Position numbers and translations under genes: made by a program. Below the pieces are notes generated by a model that searched no databases, was not told the DNA's origin, and saw only the letters and a list, made by a program, of their open reading frames with translations. 64,000 nucleotides of DNA from a virus. Taxonomy: Duplodnaviria; Caudoviricetes. Below are positions 41,401-48,902 of the stretch, piece after piece. The stretch spans positions 7,381-71,380 of IMG/VR virus record IMGVR_UViG_3300012007_000016; one strand, 5' to 3'. Numbering within the stretch: position 1 is the first letter of the stretch; every line of letters begins with the position of its first letter.

Positions 41401-44400
41401 CAACAGGCAAATTTGTACCAGAAAATAATTTTTCATACCCAATTTTCATCGTTGGTGAAAATGAATATAATGTAAGAGCATTAAGTCCGGTTTATGATTA
41501 TTCTAATGTGCTTGCCTTGGTTAAATTTGGTATTTTGGAACGCAAGGAAAGCGTACAAACAGGCGGTGATACCGAGGGAGCAGAAGCAACAACAGAAATA
41601 CAGACAATAAAAGATTATAAGTTTGGCGTTGCAATCAAAAAGTCTGATGATGATTATCAGCAACAATTTTATCTTGATAACTATGAATATACTTTGTCAG
41701 CAATTTGTAATGTTGACAGTATTAATAGGATTGAAGTATCTCAAGGTACGTTATTTGCTCCTGGACAATTCTTGTTTACAACAATAACGGAAGCATTGTA
41801 TAAAACATTGAAATCAAAAATGAATCCGTTTGGCTTGTTGCAACTTATTCCAAACACTACGGTTACTGCATTTGACTATACAAATTTGAAACATATTTGT
41901 GGAATCAACATGGAAGATTTTGAAGAAACAAAATGGTATACTGTTTCATGGTATGCAAATATTCCTGACAATTTACCGGCAAATGAAGCAAATGGTGGTA
42001 TTTTGTATAAACAAAATTATTTTGATTACATCGAGTTTAATTATGAGGAAGGCGATGAAGTAGAACCAATGAATTGTGAACCGGGAAGAACACTTGGTTT
42101 TGCATTTTTGGGTTGGTCAGAAAATGAACCAAATAAAAATGCTATTGTAACACCGATTACTACGGCAACCGAGAGTAAAATATATTTTGCTAATTGGGAC
42201 ATACCGTTACCGAAGATTATTGTTCGTTTCCTTGATAGTGACGGTACAACAGTGCTTGAAACACAACAAATAGAAGAAGGTGGAGTAACAAATGGTCCAA
42301 CTGATACATCACTTTCAGAGTATAGTTGGTATCTCAGTAGTGACGCAACTCAATCAGAAGTTGAGTTCCCACAAACAATTACACAACCAACGGATTATAT
42401 TAAGGTTAAAGAATTTACAGTTAATTGGTATGATACTGACGATACACTTGAGCCACCTAAGTTCACTGTACATTTCCGTCTTACGGAAAATGACACACAA
42501 GATATGGACACACAAGAAATAACGGCAGGTGAAAAAGTTTCATTGCGTGGTGAATGTGTAAATTATACTTGGTATGTGATGGGTGATACTGAGAAGAAAC
42601 AAGTCCAATTCCCATATACCGTTAATAGTGATATTACATTTATTGCACACAAGAAGTATAAGGTGAAATGGGTTGATAATGGTGAACAAATACCACCTTC
42701 AGGACAAGAAGAGGACGTTTATGTTTTCGAAAGTATTAGCCCAACTCAGACAACAATAGCATATGATGTTTCACATACTAATTTTGTAATTAAAACAACA
42801 TTGAATGGCTATTTGCATAATTTCACGGCAACCGTTACACAAGGAGAAGATTGGCTAAGTGTCGAGAACGTTGGAAGTGCTGATGCACAAAATGGTACAT
42901 TGACCCTTAAAGTAATGTCCTATGCTAATACAAACCATGAAAATAGAACAGGTATTTTAACATTGGTACAAGATGATAGTAATAATACAATTACTTTGCA
43001 AATTACACAAGAGGGTTTGCCTCAAACAGATGGAATAATTAACGTAAGGGTAAAAAATTCCAGAACAAGTGGTGTACCAATAGATAGTGCTCAAATTACA
43101 TTCAAAGTAAATGGTGCTGATATAATAGCCGGTGTTGGTGGTGGTATTACAAGTGGACATGACCGTGTTACAACAATTACAATCAATGAAGAACAAAAAG
43201 GACAGGATATCATAGCAGATAGTGTTTACATACAGCCACAAATGATAAATGCCAATTTTGTCCAAACACCAAATCCTTATAAATATAATGGAGTAGGACA
43301 AGACGGTGCTATTGAATTGTTCATTGAGATACTTGATGGTGAAAAACAAACAGAAAATCAATATTTTGAGCCAATTACGGAAAATACGACTGGTGCACCC
43401 TCTCTAATATTAAGACAATATGGATTGTCAACCGATAATAATTTTAGACTTGCAGCAAATTTTGATAAAGACAAATATACATTTAAAAAATGGCCATTTA
43501 GTACTGCCGGAATAGTTTATGCTGAATTTGAAAAAAATAATACAGGTGGCATAACGGTGAGCGGAAGCAGGTCTGACTATTCAATGCTTGATGATTATGG
43601 TATGTTTTTTATGAGGACAAGAGGATATGGTTCATGGCAAGGAGGTAGTACAAGTAATGCCTCATATGGAGGAACTTTTACAGTTTCAACAGTAAATGAC
43701 ACTTCATTACAGCGAAAAGTAGAATTTGATGGAAGAACTGATGAAAATAATGTTATATTATTACGTGGTGAAATAGTTAGTAAAGCATTAAGAGTTCCAT
43801 CGAGTGGTTTCAGTGGTACTATACAATTATGGCAGTATCCATATACATTTGATACTGATGTCTTTTTTACAGACCCTAAAATGATTTATATAACTAAGAG
43901 TGGTGAACAAGAACTAACGGTAACAACCATTGATAATAATATTTTGCAAGTAGAAGGTATTAGTGGAAATATACAGAACATCAATGATAATTGTTTAGAT
44001 TATGAATTTTCATATAATATTGAAAAAAATAATGTTAATGACTATAAATATCATATTATAGTATTAAGTAATAGCGCACTTAATACTACTGCTTTGAAAT
44101 ATGGGTTTGATGGAAGTAGGTCGGGGGTAATGTTACATTTCATACAAGAATATAGAGTTAAAAATAGGATATATTATGGAAATGGCTTTATTAATTCCAA
44201 AACATTTGATGACAATTATAATCTAACACAAACAGAGAAATATTATTATCATTCTTGGTTCGAGACATGTTCAAGTAAAATATTAACAGAAGACAGTTTT
44301 ACTATTGATATACAAGCAACAACAGTTGCATATCCTAATTCTGATGTTTTCGAATATGAAATTAGTACCAGTAATGGTGACAACTTAGAAATTTTAGACA

Positions 44401-44480
44401 ATAACTATGTATGGGGTGATGAAACATATACAATTGTTAAATTACCTTCAGGAAATAGGGCTATATTTACCAAGAAATAA
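35436..44480 (+). CDS. Giant structural/tail fibre protein A (3014 aa); C-terminal B-repeat-like, BACON-like, Ig-like and tip domains
   Basis: N-terminal GVIVGRVTANGGFGVPNAKVSIF; GFAFLGWSE...YFANW InlB B-repeat-like unit; DWLSV...GTLTL...RTGILTLVQ...LQITQ BACON-like unit. Confidence 0.7.
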   Translation: MEDTNRVYRIRTTVGEDAPNVIHVPLKQSYDMFEILSLKLDQTNSYKTYESDYGVIVGRVTANGGFGVPNAKVSIFIEVSDDDALKDRLLYNFTSTSDTDNNGVRYNLLPDYVDDACHQDVGTFPNKRLVLDNNDIIEMFDKYWKYTTTTNHAGDYMLFGIPTGSQQLHVDVDLSDCGILSQRPRDMIGKGYNANMFESPNKFKSSTNLNSLAQIISQDRGLYVYPYWGDVSDGDDKFSITRCDINLEYKFESYAVFMGSIVTDKGSNAIGKNCTGTEQNGKMSDLIAGEGTIEMIRKTIDGKVEEFPIMGNRLIDGDGVWCYQIPMNLDYVTTDEFGNLVPTDNPDKGIATRTRVRFRISLDENPNDATARKRARYLVPNNPRLGEGEFDETLEADYEFGSATREESYCDMFWNKVYTVKNYIPKLQKNSKETNRKHTGIKLINHYGDNNPMPYNALTIKLSFTYRIICVITKVIINLIEFVNQLLSIVSAILCLVIKILEFPAEIFEKHMCFKIPVINKRICPFKPLGKLWRKMVSPITGLIRKIMPNCIGLSSEFCDDGINQVTYYPGCGYFLFSLFKFSSIGLDCIWEETKKNHTKNQLKICENEKKSPEDCEMSLTEPSNATAMLYNCIENQLAQQNDATSFNFYNDWVNGVLYAPLWYRKITPKKRYFFGLFKKKAKDDWCSSQREYPGMRILQHCVVERKPDGTYTNFDGTDVDYMRIQGYDCKGKCHKQYTEVKGMNGVIHSQQTMLGQTVYYYKAVEYDASLPKNRYVSSQKNGDIKFMFATDIVLLGSLNECDTQGIPQFFKSLESTTYNMPTDILFTDYDFILTVNDTTGESERMEYTITDLVKTSEMAGCDWGNPNEFDKYDGGLFYSIGCSSAGIKLDTKSCVNLSRVCEYGVSLDETKEVADLDNLEEASDEQIDVDSKYFQRLITDGFISWDELYNLDERSMFATLNGNKLHTKLNNKNGLYEYDFRYLYPENFDGSLKEIMEQRTKRYSEDINYKNNYKLEEKSRDYYIFRMGNAPYYYDKACSFPRYENSFYFYFGLKAGKTAIEKFNSKYFAECINENVENQIGIKFKANSWCSMIGNNQNDGYLALDFTSVATPYSLLINGVSNGEYSIEINDITEEKIIFINDVSKKPSSLSEYVQLKGEYDTESDMWSYKSDGITIPMMDNGGYQAVLTDNEGNITEFTFNILGTYLSYKLNTNNFEQPNNVLMEMFDNDYNKIASDKEDSHAEDDEYKSYNREIGGVVTIYDIFMNGEKLDSYKLTLEAKYGTPLSNSNYTGVDLIYNNGSITYIKGQPTLMIPDVQSSMEHYAFGLPKGRAEYTVTITELCNGIESGNSISKDFFVDEPIPYKMYINDIDYDVIKHFDNYTGWNLSGSISSHGASEGTLNMSNPWFKTDNIYYNEYLITNIENDLINEFIVEKDDNTFQIYAVLENGNQYQVDSPIRLKEEFCTNNKGQNDVYYNWVDDYIVNDENINWSDSNDVYEKIDQFITDVNRVFNLRKELREMMKDTFFLNCEDDSKTILVRGKTDKLPCTQTIVYHPEKAVEYENYNVLDGNSLIDEDINEITDIRIPTISYRSSEKYGDGSDNDEPCLVTVENSKKKPYSCGIMNNSGISIPKKDNGQPFDFVERDNAKYINHSSTQHNDLFSFPIIDKILTTDYIAWSAFVKMPQYGYDNSGNSRVNIISMNGLLSGVVFNGNVVNNRFDTQTLNDIELLLSNNICDETTTYIEKRVILGYNYEEVGRWVISFLRNISNNITSDTISALNRILPISITEENIGNIFNSFTVDGENIKYQNTSISIQTLISNILSFTNYITLNDNSLANYRQQYAFVLPMETSLMLQDERQCGTQVEIDGTMAVKLADTSVNDCRTGGQKILEVDTDVDTYYSIFKTDINGTGYPLNLCENSGILWQIPNQIYGIYSQPQSQNLFSYQMKTKYFRGEGNLIDTNFKSQVAIETEGEEEQFEDTKGYGTTGKFVPENNFSYPIFIVGENEYNVRALSPVYDYSNVLALVKFGILERKESVQTGGDTEGAEATTEIQTIKDYKFGVAIKKSDDDYQQQFYLDNYEYTLSAICNVDSINRIEVSQGTLFAPGQFLFTTITEALYKTLKSKMNPFGLLQLIPNTTVTAFDYTNLKHICGINMEDFEETKWYTVSWYANIPDNLPANEANGGILYKQNYFDYIEFNYEEGDEVEPMNCEPGRTLGFAFLGWSENEPNKNAIVTPITTATESKIYFANWDIPLPKIIVRFLDSDGTTVLETQQIEEGGVTNGPTDTSLSEYSWYLSSDATQSEVEFPQTITQPTDYIKVKEFTVNWYDTDDTLEPPKFTVHFRLTENDTQDMDTQEITAGEKVSLRGECVNYTWYVMGDTEKKQVQFPYTVNSDITFIAHKKYKVKWVDNGEQIPPSGQEEDVYVFESISPTQTTIAYDVSHTNFVIKTTLNGYLHNFTATVTQGEDWLSVENVGSADAQNGTLTLKVMSYANTNHENRTGILTLVQDDSNNTITLQITQEGLPQTDGIINVRVKNSRTSGVPIDSAQITFKVNGADIIAGVGGGITSGHDRVTTITINEEQKGQDIIADSVYIQPQMINANFVQTPNPYKYNGVGQDGAIELFIEILDGEKQTENQYFEPITENTTGAPSLILRQYGLSTDNNFRLAANFDKDKYTFKKWPFSTAGIVYAEFEKNNTGGITVSGSRSDYSMLDDYGMFFMRTRGYGSWQGGSTSNASYGGTFTVSTVNDTSLQRKVEFDGRTDENNVILLRGEIVSKALRVPSSGFSGTIQLWQYPYTFDTDVFFTDPKMIYITKSGEQELTVTTIDNNILQVEGISGNIQNINDNCLDYEFSYNIEKNNVNDYKYHIIVLSNSALNTTALKYGFDGSRSGVMLHFIQEYRVKNRIYYGNGFINSKTFDDNYNLTQTEKYYYHSWFETCSSKILTEDSFTIDIQATTVAYPNSDVFEYEISTSNGDNLEILDNNYVWGDETYTIVKLPSGNRAIFTKK
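42222..43338 (+). repeat. Copy 1 of a ~1.1-kb direct repeat shared by the two fibre genes (partner 60694-61747)
   Basis: Patchy near-identity; identical 50-bp (43203-43252 = 61612-61661) and 72-bp (43267-43338 = 61676-61747) tracts. Confidence 0.95.
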
Positions 44481-44481
44481 C

Positions 44482-45426
44482 ATGTATACGGAAAAGAAAT
44501 TTGCAAATAATTATGCATTAGCTGGCTCAAAAGCATTATTATATAATGTACATCATGATAAATTTTTCGATACAAACGGAAAAATAAAAGATGAATATGT
44601 TAATAATATTATTGATATTGGTTTTGAATGGAAACAATCAACAATACAAACTTGGACAAGGGTTTCTCTTAAAAAAACAACAAAAACCTATATTTCTTTA
44701 ATAGACGAACTGAAAAATTATAATGATGAAATTGCAGAACAGTATATGTGCGAACGTTATAGTCCTAGTAAAATACGTGGTGTTTATCCAACAAGAGTAT
44801 TGATAAAAAATCTTATGCAAGGGATGACATATAGTGTACGTAGTTATTATATAACTTCTGAACAAACAGAACCGGTGTATTATAATGAACAGACAATACA
44901 GTTATTTAATAGTGTTAGTACAATAGCATTTTCAGAACCAAACTTTACAACAAGTGCTAAAAACACAGATAATATTAGTGAAGAAGAACTTCAGTCTTTT
45001 ACTGATACAGTTCTTCAATGTTGCAGCGAAGTGGTTGAGATTTATAAAATGTTTGCACCTGGTTATACAACACAAGTAAGTCTTACAATTGACTATGATA
45101 GTAACGGAAATTGGGCAGCAAGTGCTGGTAGTGGTCATGTTACATATAATTCAGCATATAGAAATGAGTCTTCAAATGGTGTCAGAAGTGTTTTAATACA
45201 CGAAATGGCACATAATTTTATGTTAAAAGACAATAATGCTCCAAACCCCACATATAAAGATAAAATAATAAAATTTATGGAATTTGCAACAAATGCACCA
45301 TATGCAATGTGGAAATGGCAAGCCTCACATAATTATCCTGTAATTAGTAGTGCAAGATATACTTATATGGATGATTGCCTTGTTGTTGCTGCTTGTCAAT
45401 TAAGTCAAGAAATGCATAATAGTTAA
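44482..45426 (+). CDS. FN3-like + HExxH zinc metallopeptidase-like protein (copy 1, 314 aa)
   Basis: IKNLMQGMTYSVRSY FN3-like motif; HEMAH at 45199; KFMEF downstream; paralog of 62872-63816; ATG 1 nt after the fibre A stop. Confidence 0.7.
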   Translation: MYTEKKFANNYALAGSKALLYNVHHDKFFDTNGKIKDEYVNNIIDIGFEWKQSTIQTWTRVSLKKTTKTYISLIDELKNYNDEIAEQYMCERYSPSKIRGVYPTRVLIKNLMQGMTYSVRSYYITSEQTEPVYYNEQTIQLFNSVSTIAFSEPNFTTSAKNTDNISEEELQSFTDTVLQCCSEVVEIYKMFAPGYTTQVSLTIDYDSNGNWAASAGSGHVTYNSAYRNESSNGVRSVLIHEMAHNFMLKDNNAPNPTYKDKIIKFMEFATNAPYAMWKWQASHNYPVISSARYTYMDDCLVVAACQLSQEMHNS

Positions 45427-45439
45427 AAATGATTAAAAC

Positions 45440-47083
45440 ATGGCAGAAGTAATACTTAAAGAAGAAGATGTTATTGATGGTGAAAAAGCACGTTGGCCGT
45501 ATGCAAATGATTATGATGAACCTTCAAAAGATGGTTATTCCTTTGAGGGTTGGAAATATAATAATAGGATTTATCGTAAAACTGAATATCAAAACGAGCA
45601 AAACAATCCATTTGGTCCAATCAATAATGATAGTACAATTTCGGCAATGTGGGATAAAATGCAAATACATGCGGATACTAATCACACATTGATTTCCGGT
45701 GACGGTGATTCAAATACTGACATGACCAAACTTACAGGTTGGCTTACATCAGATGGTGGTAAATTTACCGGTGAAAATGTTTTTATTTATGATGAACCGC
45801 TTAATGAGGGCGAAAATAGAATAGTTTGGAGTACTGAAGGTAGTGGTATTGAAAATAACAAGTCTTTTGTTCTTAAAAAAGCATTACCAAATGATATAAA
45901 TCAATCAAGATATTATAGGTTTAAAGCAAAAACATCACAATATGGTGGTATGGAGAGTGATGTTATTGAAATAGAACAGGTTGGTGTTGACCAAACAATT
46001 TTACCGGATTTTGATTTCCTTACATTTAGATATAATTGGTCTGATACTGACGGTCATGATTTAGATACTGGAACATTTGTTGTCGGAAGTAATATACCTA
46101 TTGGCAGTGACGGTAAAACATTGCAAGATTATCCTGTTGGTTTTTCTTGTAAGGGGAGTAGTGGTATTGACCCTGACTATTCTACAAGCAGTAGTAATCC
46201 AGAACTTTTTAATGAAGTTAGTAAATATATTAAAGGTGGTGGGGATAATTTACAATCAGGAAATGAAACAGCACTTGTTAATTGGAAAGAAATATGTAAT
46301 AGAGATTTAATTTCACAAGGAATAAACAAGATATATTGTGAATTATTTGCTAATTGGTACGGAGAAAGAAGAAATGGTAATTGCAACGTAACATTTTCAA
46401 CATTCAGAACAAATAGTGGAAATGGCAGTATGCAATTGGATAGAGACGCAGAAGGTAAGACAACATTTACTTTTTCACCAACGGGTGATACACAACTTGT
46501 TACAGAATTAACAATTAGTGGCAATGTTTATGCTTCTTCTGCACAAAATTCAAGTAGTGTTAATAAATCTTTGACACAGCCTTATTATTCTCATGTTGCA
46601 ACTCTTGTATATGATATAAGAAGCAAAACAGCAAAACTCATAAATACAATGGATAATAATCCGACAGGAAGAAATTTACGTTATCTTGCTTCTGTTAATA
46701 ATATTACTCAAGAACTTGAAGGCAGTAGTGTTAGTTTCAGTTTTAAGTTTGAATATGAATATAATGATACAAGTGAAGAAACATTTACAATTGATAGAAA
46801 TATACTCTATATAAATGGTGTTGCAAATGAGATATCATTAATGAATACTGACGAAGAAATTTCAAATTCAATGAAATACATTAAACAAGGTGATGAGGGT
46901 GGATGGGTAAACCTCGTTTCTGTTAATAGAAAGAGTGATGGAAGTATTAGTTCAATAACATTAAAAATAAATTCGGTAAATACAACAGGAAATTTAAGAG
47001 AGATGGATTTATCATTAGGAAAAACTATTAATGATGCATATTGTAGTTTACGTATAGAGATATATCAAAAGTCACAAACATAA
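45440..47083 (+). CDS. Putative adhesin/fibre accessory protein 1 (B-repeat-like N-terminus, DLD/GGDN domain, BACON-like C-terminus)
   Basis: ARWPY..GYSFEGWKY..NPFGPI; DGHDLDT, GGDNLQSGNE, ANWYG shared with 47105-48874. Confidence 0.6.
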   Translation: MAEVILKEEDVIDGEKARWPYANDYDEPSKDGYSFEGWKYNNRIYRKTEYQNEQNNPFGPINNDSTISAMWDKMQIHADTNHTLISGDGDSNTDMTKLTGWLTSDGGKFTGENVFIYDEPLNEGENRIVWSTEGSGIENNKSFVLKKALPNDINQSRYYRFKAKTSQYGGMESDVIEIEQVGVDQTILPDFDFLTFRYNWSDTDGHDLDTGTFVVGSNIPIGSDGKTLQDYPVGFSCKGSSGIDPDYSTSSSNPELFNEVSKYIKGGGDNLQSGNETALVNWKEICNRDLISQGINKIYCELFANWYGERRNGNCNVTFSTFRTNSGNGSMQLDRDAEGKTTFTFSPTGDTQLVTELTISGNVYASSAQNSSSVNKSLTQPYYSHVATLVYDIRSKTAKLINTMDNNPTGRNLRYLASVNNITQELEGSSVSFSFKFEYEYNDTSEETFTIDRNILYINGVANEISLMNTDEEISNSMKYIKQGDEGGWVNLVSVNRKSDGSISSITLKINSVNTTGNLREMDLSLGKTINDAYCSLRIEIYQKSQT

Positions 47084-47104
47084 AGAAAAAAAAAATAAAA
47101 TTAT

Positions 47105-48874
47105 ATGGCAAATATAAAACTATTTACAGAGAAAATAAAAGGAACAGGTAAAAAGGCACGTTGGCCTTATGATACTTCTCTCAGTAGTTCAGAGTTGTAT
47201 AACACTGTTATGACCAACCTTAAACAACAAAAAGTCGGGTATATTTTTGAAGGTTGGAGATATAATGGGCAAATATATGCTGAACCTTTTGATGATGAAA
47301 GTACGAATCCTTTTGGTCCGATTACTGAAAATACTGACATATATGCAGTATGGTCTAAAATAAATGTTTATTGTACAACTGATAAACCTGTTGTTGTGTA
47401 TGAAGGTGATACTGTTAAAGTGTTTTATCATGCTGTTACAACAGAGATTGTTACTTCAAATGAAGTGAAATTATATGTTGACGAGGCAAATACAACAGTA
47501 TCTTATACAAGAAGTCCAAATGAAACCGTTGAGGGCAATGAAAGAGTCTGTACATTTACTATTAACGAAAATACAAGTCAAGACGGTAAAAACCTTGTTG
47601 TATATGCTGAGTATAAAGGCGTTAGGTCAGAAAACTTGATTATTTATCAAAATAACCCATATGAGTATGTAATTCCAGATTCCGATTATTTTGTATTTAA
47701 TTATGAATGGAATTTTGATGATAAAGGAACTTCTACAACTACTGATGATGTTGGTGATGGAATAGACCTTGATTCATTAACAGTTATATATGTAGAAGAT
47801 GCACAAGGAAATGTGGTTAACAAATCATTTACAGCTATTCCGGTTGGATATAGAAGCGGATATGCAAATAAGTCTTATAGTCATTATCAAGTTGCTTCAC
47901 AAAATGGTTTACTTTGTATGAAACATGGTGGTGATAATAGACAAAGTGGTGCAGAAGGTGCTATTATATGTTTAACAAACATTGCCAATTCTGGTGAAGT
48001 AAATAATTTGGAAACAATAAAAATTAAAATTTATGCAAACTGGTATGGTAGAAGAATGGATGGTAATATGACTATAAATTGTAAAGGATATAAATCAAAA
48101 GAAGGAAGTAGTGGAAGATATGAAGATGATATTATAGAAGTTAGTCATGGTAATTGGAAAACATTTGAGGTTAATGAGAATAATTGTGAAGTATCATGGG
48201 AAGGATTTTCAGAAACAATGAACATTAAGGCTCATGGTTCAGATAATGCACGTTTTGAAAATGAATTTATTGAGCATATAGGCACTATATATAGCAATGT
48301 TTGTACAGTGTCATTCAATATTGGTACTGGACGTAAAAGTTATTTGAATAGAACTGAAGATAATGGTATTAATCGTGATACAAAACCGGTCTATTTTAAA
48401 AATGACCGTGATAATGGAACACAATTTACTTTATCAACACAAAGGCAAGCATTTGATTTAAATAACATTTATTTTGATTACTGGGGTGAAAATGGGTATA
48501 TGTTTACTAATGATAAAGACTACATATATTTAGAATACTACTACATTTATGTAAAAAAAGATGACCCAACACAATTTATTCATTCAGAGGATTATAATGC
48601 ATTGACAAACGAAGAAAAAAATAATTATACAAAAAAACAACCAATAACAATTAAGAAAGAAGATTTAAATAAAATTTTTACTCTTGATGAAACTGCATTC
48701 CTTGAAAATTTAACTTTTACACAAGGTTCAGATAAAAAATTAAATATTAGTTTTACATTAACTGATAGTAATGGTAAAAAACAAGATGTTGATTTCTTTT
48801 TTATTAAATTTTTTGATGATGGAATTCGTCCGGCCGTAGAAGAACGAGTTGTTATTTTACAACAAGATAATTAA
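47105..48874 (+). CDS. Putative adhesin/fibre accessory protein 2, tandem paralog of 45440-47083
   Basis: ARWPY..GYIFEGWRY..NPFGPI; DGIDLDS, GGDNRQSGAE, ANWYG. Confidence 0.6.
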   Translation: MANIKLFTEKIKGTGKKARWPYDTSLSSSELYNTVMTNLKQQKVGYIFEGWRYNGQIYAEPFDDESTNPFGPITENTDIYAVWSKINVYCTTDKPVVVYEGDTVKVFYHAVTTEIVTSNEVKLYVDEANTTVSYTRSPNETVEGNERVCTFTINENTSQDGKNLVVYAEYKGVRSENLIIYQNNPYEYVIPDSDYFVFNYEWNFDDKGTSTTTDDVGDGIDLDSLTVIYVEDAQGNVVNKSFTAIPVGYRSGYANKSYSHYQVASQNGLLCMKHGGDNRQSGAEGAIICLTNIANSGEVNNLETIKIKIYANWYGRRMDGNMTINCKGYKSKEGSSGRYEDDIIEVSHGNWKTFEVNENNCEVSWEGFSETMNIKAHGSDNARFENEFIEHIGTIYSNVCTVSFNIGTGRKSYLNRTEDNGINRDTKPVYFKNDRDNGTQFTLSTQRQAFDLNNIYFDYWGENGYMFTNDKDYIYLEYYYIYVKKDDPTQFIHSEDYNALTNEEKNNYTKKQPITIKKEDLNKIFTLDETAFLENLTFTQGSDKKLNISFTLTDSNGKKQDVDFFFIKFFDDGIRPAVEERVVILQQDN

Positions 48875-48902
48875 TATTAAATAAAAACAATATTCTTACA
48901 AA

